Shown here: piece after piece, positions 1-12,620 of the stretch
Numbering within the stretch: position 1 is the stretch's first letter
How the letters are laid out: every line of letters starts with the position of its first letter
Source: Octopus vulgaris
Lineage: Eukaryota
DNA length: 64,000 nucleotides
Assembly: GCA_951406725.2 (NCBI GenBank)
Contig: OX597817.1
Location: 148,614,001 to 148,678,000 of the forward strand
Reading direction: 5' to 3'
The notes under the pieces: generated by a model
What the model was told of the DNA's origin: nothing
Databases searched by the model: none
The model's input: the letters and a program-made list of their open reading frames with translations, nothing else
Made by a program: the position numbers and the translations under genes

Positions 1-118
1 TCCCTTTAGGAAAACTGTACCTGTATAACTTTAGAATGATCGTGTGTTGTATTTTTAGTCTAGTAAAACAATTTAAAAGTTTGATAACTAATCATAACAT
101 CGAGAATTGGAAAGCTGA

Positions 119-167
<49 letters not shown>

Positions 168-401
168 CACAAATGCCCACCGTTGGCTCTTCGTTTTCCA
201 TAATTTATCCTTTTGTTTCTGCATTACAATGCTTCAAGTAAACTACAACGCTCTTCTAGAATAGAGCTAAACATGGCTAAATTTACCGTCCAGACTTTTG
301 TCGTCGCTCTTGTTGTTAATATCGTTGATGTTGTTGACTTCTTCCAATCAGGACTCACGGCATTAGCCACAAAGAAAAATCTTGAAATTTTGTCTATGTA
401 A

Positions 402-472
402 ATGCAGCTGATGAAGACTAATCAAATTTACGTTGTCAAACGTATTTGAAGAGTTAGAAACCGGTCCTGTAT
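402..472 (+). ncRNA. Minimal type-I hammerhead ribozyme motif in a (TA)n-flanked repeat (about 165-655)
   Basis: ATGCAG-CTGATGA-[stem II TCAAA..TACGTT/gtca/AACGTA-TTTGA]-GAAAC-CG-GTC-CTGTAT; stem I ATGCAG/CTGTAT; GUC cleavage triplet. Confidence 0.75.
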
Positions 473-657
473 TATCCGATTCTAGGTTGTCCAATTATCG
501 AATGTTCTTCCTAGAGGAAAGACAAATTTGTTTCATGTTTATTGCACACACACGTCTTTGCTTGGATATACGCAGTGAAGCTATACAATAGCGTCGTATT
601 TATACCGATTGTTGTTTTCCAGTAAATATTGGTTTCTTGTACCATTTATCTACTTTG

Positions 658-692
<35 letters not shown>

Positions 693-1002
693 AGAGAGAG
701 AGAGAGAGAGAAGAGGAAAAGGGAGAGAGCGAGCGAGAAAGTGAGAGGGGGAGGGAAATAAATTTTGTTATATCTTTGAATGAGACTACGTTCTGTTTTG
801 GATTTGTTTTTATCTGGAATATGTCCAAACAGAGAAAATATCGCCCAGAGTTATCATTCTGTTGTGTCTCATAGATAACTGTGTTTCATTTATCAATAAC
901 AAAGTAATTACTTAATAATCTTCTGTAATTCATATTATTTATATTTATAGATTAAAATATATTTTTAAAATGTTGTCTTTTTTCGATGTATTTCTCTTTA
1001 CA

Positions 1003-1185
1003 AAGGCAGCGCGCTAAGCGGCATTTCGTTCCTCTGTGCGTTCTGAGTTCAAACTCTGTCGAGTTTGACTGTACGTTTTATCCTTTTGGGGGTCGATAAA
1101 ATGAATACTAGCTGAGTACTGTGATCGATGTAACCGTATTATCCCTCCAATTAAATTTCGGCCCTTGAGTCAAAATCTAAAACAA
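1003..1185 (+). mobile_element. tRNA-derived SINE, family B (degenerate)
   Basis: GTTCTGAGTTCAAA B-box and TCCTTTTGGGGGTCGATAAAATGAATACTAG central domain shared with other copies in the window. Confidence 0.7.
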
Positions 1186-1198
1186 ATACATTTCTTTT

Positions 1199-1412
1199 AA
1201 GGCGACGAGCTGGCAGAATCGTTAGCACGCCAGGCGAAATGCTTAGCTGCACTTCGTCCGTCTTTAGGTTCTGAGTTCAAATTCCGCATGGGTCGACTTT
1301 GCCTTTCATTCTTTCGGGGTCAAAAAAATAAGTACCAGTTGAAAACTGGGGACGTTGCAATCGACTATTTCCCTTCTCCTAAAATTTTAAACCTTGTGCG
1401 TAATTTAGAAAG
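1199..1412 (+). mobile_element. tRNA-derived SINE, family B
   Basis: AAGGCGACGAGCTGGCAGAATCGTTAGC head, GTTCAAATTCC B-box, GCCTTTCATTCTTTCGGGGTC...AAGTACCAG (Meta-domain-like). Confidence 0.85.
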
Positions 1413-1689
1413 GAGTTATCAAAACTACCACAATATTGTCTTAAAAACGAATAAATAAACCAGTTGTCAAAGTCTTTCGTCACCATTTGTAACCTCATCA
1501 AATATAAACCCTCTATATAACAGAACAGTCCAACTAAGGGTCAAATGTTTTCCAGATTGTCACGAAAAATAATGGGACGATGACACAGCTCCAGTTTGGT
1601 CAGAACAATGTAGAATTCGTCATGTAGAATTATTTTTCCTCTGTTTCACTAGTCAGAGACTTCAAACGAAACTGTCTGTCTGACTGTCT

Positions 1690-1897
1690 ATTTGTTTCTT
1701 TATTACCCACAAGTGGCTAAACATAGAGGGGACAAACAAGGACAGACACACGGATTAGGTGCGTAACTGGTACTTATTTAATCGACCCCGAAAGGATGAA
1801 AGGCAAAGTCGACTTCGACGGAATTTGAACTCAGAAGGTAACGCAGACGAAATAGCGCTAAGCATTTCGCCCGGTGTGCTAACGTTTCTGCCAGCTC
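1690..1897 (-). mobile_element. SINE family B
   Basis: Reverse complement of the 6005-6237 copy. Confidence 0.85.
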
Positions 1898-2734
1898 TAT
1901 CTTCTATCTATTTATCTATGCAAATATATCCATAAATGTGTTTGTGTGTTTTTGAGATTATGCGTGTGACGGGAATATGTGTGCACGCGCGAACTCATAT
2001 ATGTAGGAATCGACGCAAGGAATTTGGTTTTCCTTTCTAGATCACCAAGTGTGAAAATCAGAGCATGTACCAACGTGGTATTTGCAATTATATCTTTAAT
2101 TTAACATATTTTTAAATACAATTTTCTTCACTTAAAATTATTATAGAAAATATTTTCCTTGCTACAGATATCTAAATAATCTCCTTTTACATTAGTTCAT
2201 CTCTAAACACCGTCGAAAGACATATACATCTCCATGAACAGAACACTGCTGATTCTTCGGTGTAGGAAATAAATAACGTGAGACATTGTATACGTATCAA
2301 AATGCCGCCGGCGTCTCTCTCCTGTTATTGCAAATATCATGATATAAATTGACAGAATAATGTTCTTTGCTCGAAAACGTTAAATAAATTTTGTATCAAC
2401 TGAGTTAATGATTAGCTTGCAGGCGGTAGCTAAATATTTCGCAACCACGAAAGTTTAACACCGACAATTACTACAGATTCACTACCTTATACGCACACAT
2501 ATTTGCATTCGCATACATATGTTTAGTTCATATTTGTATTAAATGTATAGCATGCTAGCGATATTAAATATGTAAAAGAACATAGGTCTGATATACGCAC
2601 TATGATATTTCTTTAAAACTATTGATATATCCACGAGCATATGACGTAGTGGTTAAGAGCGGGGCTACTAACCCCAAGATTCCGAGTTCGATTCCAGGCA
2701 GTGACCTGAATAATAATAATGATAATAATAATAA

Positions 2735-3138
2735 GGATCTTTTCGGTTTGAACAGCAGTTTTTAACATAATTTCTAGGTAACTAAAAAATGTTAAACTTT
2801 GTATACTGGTAGAATGTGTTTATAAAACATCTTTTTCTCTTGGCTTTATTGAGAAAATTCTATAGTTTTGAAAGATATTTGTTGTTTTTTTCTTCAATTT
2901 CTGCAATTTCAACCAATCACTGACGTCCATTGAGGTAAACAACATTCTGTGTCGTTTAAGAAACAGATTGGGTTTATTTACATTTGTGAAGAAAAAAAGA
3001 TACCCATCCCCTCACCCCTAACCCTAACCCTAAAAGAGACTGAAATGCAATAGATTGATACTAGGGTCATTATTATGGCTGACAATTTCATATGACACCG
3101 CTAGAAAAAAAAAACTGCCGTTCAAACCGAAAAGATCC
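2735..3138. mobile_element. MITE with 29-bp TIRs (5'-GG, Merlin-like) carrying (CCCTAA)3
   Basis: GGATCTTTTCGGTTTGAACAGCAGTTTTT ... AAAAACTGCCGTTCAAACCGAAAAGATCC (1 mismatch); TAATAATAA on both sides; telomeric repeats at 3016-3033. Confidence 0.8.
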
Positions 3139-3205
3139 TAATAATAATAATAACAACATCTAAAAATACCTTAGCAATGAGAACCCAGGTTCGAAATTTC
3201 CCCAA

Positions 3206-3251
3206 GACACCTGATAAAGGATGGAGGGAATATCAGCTGAAACGTTGTGTT
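3206..3251 (+). ncRNA. Minimal hammerhead motif, G8A-mutated core
   Basis: GACAC-CTGATAA-AGGATGGAGGGAATATCAGCT-GAAAC-GTT-GTGTT; the second copy reads ...CAGCC-GAAAC-GTT-GTGTT. Confidence 0.6.
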
Positions 3252-3325
3252 AACAAGAAACAAGATGAGGACAAATATCCATCAAATGTAAATAATGTAA
3301 TATTTCTTTTAAAGAAATATAAAAT

Positions 3326-3543
3326 TCTTTTCTACTCTAGGCACAGGGCCCGAAATTTTGTGGAGAGTGGGCCAGACGGTTAGATCAACCGCAGTACGCA
3401 ACTTGTACTTAATTTATCGACCCCGAAAGTATGAAAGGCAAAGTCGACCTCGGCGGAATTAGAACTCAGAACATAAAGATAGACGAAGTACCGCTAAGCA
3501 TTTTTGCCCGGTGTGCTAACGTTTCTGCCAGCTCGCCGCCTTC
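3326..3543 (-). mobile_element. SINE family B
   Basis: Reverse complement of the family B consensus, ending ...CTGCCAGCTCGCCGCCTT. Confidence 0.85.
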
Positions 3544-3574
3544 AAAAAACGTAATATAAAATTGAATAAGTGAA

Positions 3575-3642
3575 GGTACAGCTGTGTAGTAAAAAACCTC
3601 ATTTCCAGCCGACGTCGTCTTGGGGCAATTTCACACTGCGGC

Positions 3643-3706
<64 letters not shown>

Positions 3707-3920
3707 TGTGTGTGTGTTTCTCCGTCTGTCCACCCACTATCACTTGACAACTGATGCTGATGTGTTTCCGTCCCCGTGACATAGTGATTCGACAAAAGAA
3801 CCGATAGAATAAGTACTAGGCTTACAAAGAATAAGTCCTGGGGTCGATTCGATCGACTAAAAGGCGGTGCTCCAGCATGGCCGCAGTCTGATGACTGAAA
3901 CAGCTAAAAGAATAAAAGAA
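3575..3920 (+). mobile_element. SINE family A (degenerate head, internal (TG)n)
   Basis: 3' part GATAGAATAAGTACTAGGCTTACAAAGAATAAGTCCTGGGGTCGA...GCTCCAGCATGGCCGCAGTC shared with more than 10 copies. Confidence 0.8.
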
Positions 3921-3935
3921 TGCACAATCACACAC

Positions 3936-3968
<33 letters not shown>

Positions 3969-4129
3969 TGTATGTATGTATGTATGTATGTATGTACGTA
4001 TGTATGTATGTATATGTGTCTAACTGCGTCGAATTTGTCTCAACATACCACATGACAACCGGCTTCAGTTTATTTACGTACCCGTAAATTGATGACTAAA
4101 CGAAAGAGATCAATAGTTGAAGATTTTCA

Positions 4130-4790
4130 GCAACACTAATATCCGATTGTCAAATTCGGTTTTGAAAGATATGATCAGGAATGATCTTTGGGTCTCGCAT
4201 TAATTAAATCAGGCTAACCTTACGTACCAAATGGATTTCCATCTGTGATTCGTTTCAGCTGTGAAAAGGAAACGATTCTTTTGAAGTAATATAAAGTGCA
4301 AATGATCATGCTGGAAGCACAACCGACCATCATAAAGATCCTCAAAAGAAGGACTTCATCAGAAGAAAGTTATGCTTTCAATTTGGTTGCATTTGAAGGC
4401 TATGGCCCTTTACTAGCTTATTCTCACGAGTAGGACCATAATTTCGGAGGTGTACTCTGACAAGTTGTACAAATTAAGCACAACGGTCCAACAGAAACCT
4501 CCGGTATTTGCTAATAGTGAGGGCATCATCTTTCATAATGATAACGTCAAACCACACTTCTTTGCAGATGTGGTTGGGAAGATTTGCCGCCCCATCCAAA
4601 TTCACTGAATGTTGCCACGTCTGATTCCTCCCTGTTTTGGTCATCTGAAATTTAACAGGTTTGAAGAAAATGTAAAAATTCATGTAGAAGAGTTTTTCGG
4701 CAAAAATGACTTGAAAGTCTTTGAGCAAGTAATAATGGATCTTTCCACAAGATCGCAGAAGATATATGAATAAAACTGTAGTTATCTCAT
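4130..4790 (+). pseudogene. Decayed mariner (DD34D-type) transposase
   Basis: Manual translation: GLHQKKVMLSIW, SRTIISEVYSDKL, FANSEGIIFHNDNVKPH, HPNSLNVATSDSSLF, matching mariner motifs GLHPKKVMLCIWW, IFHHDNARPH, HPPYSPDLAPSDYHLF; stops and frameshifts present. Confidence 0.8.
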
Positions 4791-5108
4791 TGAATGAATA
4801 AATTGATTTTATTTTCGATTTAAAAGCCGACACGGATATTAAAGTAAGAAAACATAAGAATAAGAATTTATAGAAAATAATATGAAACATATATAATCTA
4901 CATTTAAAGAGACAGGGTATTAAAATTTGAGATAAGGAAGAGATAAAGGTAACCCGAAAAGAGGAGGTAGTAGGTATGGGCGTGGTGAGGGCAATATATA
5001 TGTATGTATGTATGCATGTATGTATGTATGTATATATATAAGTATATGTATATGTATATATATAGCATACAGGCTGCCCACTTTTAGTGGTCAGTTCTCA
5101 AAATTTTG

Positions 5109-5174
<66 letters not shown>

Positions 5175-5270
5175 GGGCAGAGAGAGAGATTCTCTATATA
5201 AATCATTGAAATCATTTGCTTTCGTACTTCATGTTGTTTACTGTTGGTGACGTCCTGTACCCATATATGC

Positions 5271-5307
<37 letters not shown>

Positions 5308-6004
5308 CGTATGTATGTATGCATGTATGTATGTATGATGTAACTTATATTTGATATACGGTGTAGTATACGGCTTCTGTTATGTAACTGTATATCCCAC
5401 CTGAGAGACAGACTACTAATTCAGCCTCAATATGAACTTCAATATTTTTAACCATAAAACACAATCTACGTATAATACACTCTATATATTTATCATTGTT
5501 TTGTCTATTTTGTTGTTATATTTCTTACCTTGCTAATATTTTATGTCCACAAAATACCATTAACTTGATTAAACAGTAACGCAGATTCGACAGAATGGAA
5601 AGAAAATAAATATTGACTAAATAAATATAGAAATACCGGTATGGTAACCAAAAAATAATATATATTGCCTGTGTCTGTAATTATAGTTATAAGAATATAT
5701 TTTACGGACATGGTGTTTATAACAGCAATTATATCAACAATGGTCAGTTTATATTAATTATTTAGACGTCTTCCCTTATAAGACATGCGAGCTTTGACAT
5801 AGAGTTCATCAGAAATATTGATCTCTCATATCTGCCAGCTCTGTTTCTATTTAGAAGGAACGGAAATCTTGCATTCTTTCTATTTAGTGTTTGTATTATT
5901 TAGAGTGGACTTCTATACTGTTTCCCAACTTTCAAGATGGTGTTTTTAAACCGAGCTTCGATTGAAGACTAAAAAAAAATAGATGAATATCACTAACCTA
6001 GACG

Positions 6005-6237
6005 AAGGCGGGAAGCTGGCAGAATCGTTAGAACGTCGGGCGAAATGCGTAGCGCTATTTCGTCTGCCGTTACGTTCTCAGTTCAAATTCCGCCGAGGTC
6101 GACTTTGCCTTTCATCCTTTCGGGGTCGATAAATTAAGTACCAGTTACGCACTGGGGTCCATGTAATCGACTTAATCCGTTTGTCTGTCCTTGTTTGTCC
6201 CCTCTATATTTAACCACTTGTGGGTAGTAAAGAAATA
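6005..6237 (+). mobile_element. SINE family B (full length)
   Basis: AAGGCGGGAAGCTGGCAGAATCG head; CCTTTCATCCTTTCGGGGTCGATAAATTAAGTACCAG; tail TGTTTGTCCCCTCT...GGGTAGTAAAGAAATA. Confidence 0.85.
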
Positions 6238-6974
6238 TTTCACTAACCTAGACGGGCTTCCGCCCAATCTCTTTCTGCCAAGATTTTTCACATATCTTTG
6301 CACGACTAAAAAAAATGAAAGAAAGTACCTGCAATGTTTGCTGGAGTGCATGATTGAACAGAAAACCACATCTTTGGGAGGCAAATTTGACAATCACTCG
6401 ATTCATATGTGCGCGCACACATATATGTGTATATAAACAACTGACATTACCATGTGATTGAGAAATAATATATGCACACACACGCACGCACACACACATG
6501 CACAATTATCTTCGTTTCCCTAGAATCATTTACAACTAATATATCACAACCAAAGAAAATTTATGCTTAAATAGTACTGAAAGTTTGAAACAGATGTAGC
6601 GAGCAAAGAAGCAACGGTAGTCACATAGTTCGGGAATCAGATATGATTGCATAATATTGAGTTTGTTACATGGACGATGCCTAACCGCTTTTCAGAATCC
6701 AGTAAGTTTATACAAGATTTGTGTAATTTACCACACCTAACCATTTACATGTAATGTAACTGGAATCGGCATTACACTTAAATAACTGTAACATATACTA
6801 AATTTACGCCATATTGATATCTACATCACCTTCCTTGCCTTCATATACGTATGTGTTCCCACACACACACATACACACGCTTACAAACATATACATATAT
6901 CTATTATGTATATGTCTATTTATTTCTAAATCTCTGAACCAGAAACATTCAGCAAGATTACTCTAGAGTAAAGA

Positions 6975-7095
6975 TTATTTGCCAACATAATGTAGCATTT
7001 CTGATTAGAACGAATGTTTCTATTAATTAGCCTCAGGGATAAATAACAGTAACATTCCTCCTAATCAGGACTGCCATATTATGTTGGCAAATAAT
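6975..7095. repeat. About 120-bp imperfect palindrome next to (TA)n
   Basis: ATTATTTGCCAACATAAT...CTGATTAG...GAATGTT // AACATTC...CTAATCAG...ATTATGTTGGCAAATAAT. Confidence 0.8.
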
Positions 7096-7098
7096 ATG

Positions 7099-7132
<34 letters not shown>

Positions 7133-7134
7133 TA

Positions 7135-8070
7135 TATAAATTTATAAATCAGGATGAAAAATTGGATATTGATTTAATAATACCATCAATTTAACACCAA
7201 GTGGCTAAGCACATAAAAACCAGGGAGACAATACAAATGTATTCATAAATATAAGAGTGACCACTATGTGGTTAACTCTAGTGCTAAAAATAGCTCCGTT
7301 ACTGGTATAGCCACAAAACGATGTGTATTTGACGCTCGTGAAGGTCTAATAAATTGTATTTAAGACAAACCTCTGCCGATGATTTATAGATGTTATGTAA
7401 GTAAGAGTGGATATTACATTAATAATGAAACAATTGTTCAGGGTTAATCTATTTTTTCGTTATATTTCACTTTCCTTACGTTAAATGTAATGTTATTTCT
7501 TCTTGGAAACATCTTTTTGTGGCTATACCAGTAACGGAGTTATTTTTAGCTCTAGAGTTAACCACATAGTGGTCACTCTCTTATATTTATGTATAAATTT
7601 GTATTGTCTCCGTGGTTTTTATGTGCTAAGCCACTTGGTGTTAAATTGATGGTATTATTAAATTAATATTAAATTTTTCATCCTCATTTATAAATTTATA
7701 AATTTAATTATACTGCAGTAAATATTTTATGCAGTATTCGTTTCCATTGAGTCTTATCATGATTTGGCGGGGGAATTTGAATCATAACTACGGATACAAT
7801 CGATTAAACAACACGTGTATTTGACGCACGTGAAGGTCTAATGAATTGTATTTAAGACAAACTCTACCGATGTTATGTAAGTAAAATTGCATATTACATT
7901 AATAATGAAACAATTGTTCAGAGTTAATCTATTTTTTCGCTATATTTCACTTTCCTTAAGTTAAATGTAATGTTATTTCTTCTTGGAAACATCTTTTTGT
8001 GGCTATACCAGTAACGGAGCTATTTTTAGCACTAGAGTTAACCACATAGTGGTCACTCTCTTATATTTAA
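7135..8070 (+). mobile_element. PLE pseudo-LTR/retrozyme-like insertion: inverted partial copy plus tandem units (period about 480 bp) between (TA)n tracts
   Basis: 7135-7322 is the reverse complement of about 7509-7700; 7321-7590 repeats at about 7815-8070; HHR-like motifs at 7368-7445 and 7860-7925. Confidence 0.75.
7368..7445 (+). ncRNA. Hammerhead motif, CCGAUGA core variant
   Basis: AACCTCTG-CCGATGA-[ATGTAA..TTACAT]-GAAAC-AATT-GTT-CAGGGTT; palindromic loop 3. Confidence 0.55.
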
Positions 8071-8125
<55 letters not shown>

Positions 8126-8599
8126 AGTATAGAGGGTGGGTATTTATTTATAAAGAAGTTTGAAAACGCCACTATATAAGGTAAACATTTTAATTTTCTT
8201 AGAAATTTTACATGTTTCGGTTCTTCTTGAAAAAACGAACCTTATAAAAAATATTTTAAAAAGTTAAGTGTAATAAGAAAAGTTCATAATTGTTTCTTAC
8301 TAGCCTCAACAGAATCCACGTGGTGGGTTTTTGTGGGGAGGAAGCATAATAGCTGTCTTATGTGTTTACTAAAGTTAGGGAAATGAGAAGAGGCCGAAAT
8401 AGCAGTAGCAGCAGTGAGTCTTGGTCGTAGTAGTAGTGGTTGAAGCTGCAGCAGTGCACTGGCTGTAGTTGTAGCAGCAGCAGCAGCTGTGGATGGAGTT
8501 GTGGTAGTAGTTCATTGGATGTAGTAGTAGTAGCAGCAGCAGTGAAAGTGACCGTTATCATCAGCACTGGAAGACTGTTGCTTTTAGTAGTAATAGTAG

Positions 8600-8610
8600 T
8601 GACCGTGGTT

Positions 8611-8692
<82 letters not shown>

Positions 8693-8750
8693 CAGCAGTA
8701 GCAGCAGCAGCAGCAGTAGCAGCAGTAGTAGTGATCGTGGTGGTATGGTA
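8600..8750. repeat. (GTA)n/(GCA)n microsatellite
   Basis: Visible directly; source of the poly-T and poly-V ORFs. Confidence 0.95.
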
Positions 8751-8788
8751 GAATTCCATTTTTCTTTTCGGAAGACGAATATATTGTT

Positions 8789-9082
8789 TTAATGTTCCTG
8801 GCCCAGGGTGTTTAAACATGGTCCGAATTTTCTAATAAAATACAGTACCTTATTTTGACGTTGAGTGAAAGTTACGTTGTTACTGAATTGGTAAAGTGGG
8901 AAAGTTGTGAAGTTTGGATTTTTATTTAAAGTACATCTATTTATGTGTCCGCTGACAGGTATTTTCCTGTATTTAGGATTCCTAATTTGGGATTTATGTA
9001 CTGCCTTCCTTTTTCGTAGGCTGTTTTTGTATGGCCTATATATTGCCAATTGCAATAGGCAATATATAGGCCATACAGAAAA
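8789..9082 (-). pseudogene. Penelope-like GIY-YIG endonuclease C-terminal remnant with a fold-back 5' junction
   Basis: QYIGHT..NSLRKRKAVHKSQIRNPKYRKIPVSGHINRC...FPLYQF..QRQNKVLYFIRKFGPCLN; paralogous to 43853-44140. Confidence 0.8.
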
Positions 9083-9916
9083 TTTAAAGTTTTATACCTG
9101 TTTCTGGGATATTCCAAAAGATGGGATACTCCGTCATCGGAGGCAAATAGGGAAAATGTGAAGGGTGTTGACTAAGGAAACGATGAAATCAAGGACTGGA
9201 GAAAAGGAATAAGTAAACGAACAAAGAAGAAAAAAGACGCATAAAGGTTCACAGTTCAACTTTCCGATTGTGTAGATGTTAGTCCATAAGTCCTTAGGAG
9301 CAGTCAAGACAGAAAATGCTAAAATAGTTTAATAAAAAAGCATTTCAGTAATTAACACTTTTTCAACTTATGGAAATATTAAAAGAAAGGTTTTAAAAGA
9401 ATATTTGCATAGTATTCAAATACAAGGCACATTTGTTTTGTTTGCGCCTGTCTCTCTTGTTTACTCTTGTGGGTTCGGGGTCGTTTTCAACTTTCTACAC
9501 ACACACAGGCATATATATGTATGTATGTATGCATGAATGTATGTACATATGTAGCATTGAAAAATCAATACATTACATTACTGACACCTATTTCATTATA
9601 CACCCCAACTGTGTCAGGAAAATCAATCACCACCACCCGTTGTGTTAGAGTAGGAATCGTAAAGTGACATCATTAGATATGGCAAGTAATTTACGTTTGA
9701 CACATTACCATTTCTACCAATCATCGCTTACTGTTTCACCAAAGCCGTACAGGTTAGTTAATACAATAGTCACACTGCAGTTTCATTCCTGCTGGCTGCT
9801 TGCTGCATAGATGAATGCACCAATCCATATCTAAGAATTGTCGTTAATTACACCTAGGTTTTAAGACCTCTATCACGCTATTGTACGCCATTAGAAATAT
9901 TACAATACTTTGCCCG

Positions 9917-10425
<509 letters not shown>

Positions 10426-11024
10426 GGTTATCCTTATCGAATAGTTACCCCTTTGCTATATTTGTGCAATATTGACTTGCGAAGTATGAAAGGGCAAATT
10501 AGTGTTTGTTATGTTATCTTGTACTTTTCAGTGCAAATTACGTTTAATAAGAATGCGAGCACTCACAAAAATTGCACACACAGACACGTACATACATTAC
10601 TCACTACCTCTCTACTTGCACTCACTGACTCACATATATGTACATATATAAAACTTGAGAGAACATTTTGTATCGATGTCATGACATATATGTTTTTAAT
10701 GTTTTGCGCTCGTAGCTCAATTCTTCACCTTTTCTCGAAATAGAGATAATTATGTATTTTTATATATTTCTCGAGAGCAAATTCTGTGTGAAAGTTCAAA
10801 TCTAGTTAAACTTTGATATTCAGAATTGTCTCTTTAAGTTTACCTCCACCTCGTTATGTCAAAGCTTGTTCTTGTTTCATTGGCACATGAGCCACTGCGA
10901 AGAAAATACTCTCTGCTTGACATAGCACCTAGTTTTTTAAAAAGTTAATCCACTGTATTTATTAACTCCTTCATTTGAAAGGAAGAAACTGAAGAATATA
11001 CATATGTATATATAAAAATTGCAG

Positions 11025-11416
11025 GGCACTCCTTCAGTAATGACAATGAGTGTTCTTGTTGATCCGAACAACGGAAAGCCTGCTCGTGAAATGTGTGGCA
11101 GTATGTCGGTTACGGCAACGATAGTTGCTGTTGATCTGATCAATGGAACAGCCTTCTCGTGCAATTAAAGTACATGTTGCTGAGCACTCCACTGTCACGT
11201 GTACACTTAACGTAGTTCTCGGGGAGATTCAGCGTGACACAGTGTTTAGCAAGGCTGGCGCTTGGCGTTACGGAGCTCATTTTTGCCAGCTGAGTAGACT
11301 GGAGTAAAAGGGAAGTAAAGTGTGATTTGCTAAAGTAAACAATGCGGCACCTAAATCGAACTCACGATTGTACGATCGGGAGCCAAATCGTCTAACCACT
11401 AAGCCACGAGCTTTTA
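11025..11416 (-). mobile_element. tRNA-derived SINE, family C
   Basis: Reverse complement reads GTGGCTTAGTGGTTAGACG...GTGAGTTCGAT...CACTTTACTT..CTCCAGTCTACTCAGCTGGCAAAAATGAG; matches 24438-24751. Confidence 0.8.
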
Positions 11417-11545
11417 CATACACACACACACACATACACTCACACGCGCAGTTACACACACATGGGCGCACACACATATATAGTTACGCATAAACATGTA
11501 TATAAACACACACACACGCACACATACATATATATGTGTGTGATA

Positions 11546-11600
<55 letters not shown>

Positions 11601-12147
11601 TATATATTTATATGTATGTATATAAGGCACTTGGGATTGCTTTTCTCGAGAAACATATTGATGGCTAAATATGGAAATATTTTATTTCGTTGTGTATTGA
11701 GATATTTAGCTCATAAACGCATTGTTATTATGTATATATCATAGATGAAAAGGAAATGAACCACAGTTTGTTTCTGAGTTATTTTCTAATGGATATGTTG
11801 GATAGCATAAAAGGATAATACTAGAATAAGATGTTAATTTATTCGTAAAAGTTTACGATCACAAATAGTCTTGACAAGCCAGAATAAAAAAATACGAAAA
11901 AATAAGAATAAATATCAGAAAAGAATGATTCATTTGTGTTAGTTATTGATCAGTGAAAATTGTTCTGAATCTAAACATACTTTAGTTTATATTGTAGAGT
12001 CAAACTAAATTTTGTACATAAGCAATATTTATGTTTGAGAAAGAAAATTTTATTGTAGTGTAGACTCCTTGCGTGCGCTTATGTGATTGATTTTGAGCCG
12101 GAAAATCGTCAATGACATAGAGGGGGAATACAAGGGAGAAAATAATA

Positions 12148-12620
12148 TCTCTTTTACTCTTTTACTTGTTTCAGTCATTTGAGTGTGGCCATGCTGGAGC
12201 ACCGCCTTTAGTAGAGCAAATCTTAGTAGAGCAGGACTTATTCTTTGTAAGCCTGGTATTTATTCTAACGGGCTCTTTTGCCGAACCGCTAATATTACGG
12301 GGACGTAAACACACCAGTATCGGTTGTCAAGCGATGTTGGGAGGACAAACACAGACACACAAACATATATACACACAAACATACGCACACACCCACATAC
12401 ACACACACACTCACACACACATATATATATATACATACATACATACATACATTCATACATACATACATACATATATACTACGGGCTTCTTTCAGTTTCTG
12501 TCTACCAAATCCATTCACAAGGCTATAGTAAAAGATACTTGCCCAAGGTGCCACGCAGTGGGACTGAACCCGAAACCATGTGGTTGCTAAGCAAGCTACT
12601 TACCACACAGCCACTCCTAT
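12148..12620 (-). mobile_element. SINE family A
   Basis: Reverse complement head AGGAGTGGCTGTGTGGTAAGTAGCTTG...GGGTTCAGTCCCACTG; tail (AGTAAAAG)n. Confidence 0.9.

Larger units (their letters stand above)
2636..3300 (+). mobile_element. SINE family D: tRNA-like head, (AAT)n, then an HHR-bearing tail; interrupted by a MITE
   Basis: Head GCATATGACGTAGTGGTTAAGAGC...GAGTTCGATTCC (A/B boxes) recurs at 33556; tail 3206-3300 recurs inverted at 33460-33553. Confidence 0.7.

Noticed and set aside
3016-3033. Telomere or chromosome-fusion site
   Set aside because: Only three CCCTAA units, internal to a TIR element.
8201-8255. HHR downstream of the GIY-YIG fragment (GGTTC..GAACC-GAAACATGTA on -)
   Set aside because: Stem II and the 3' half are present but the CUGANGA core is too decayed to call.
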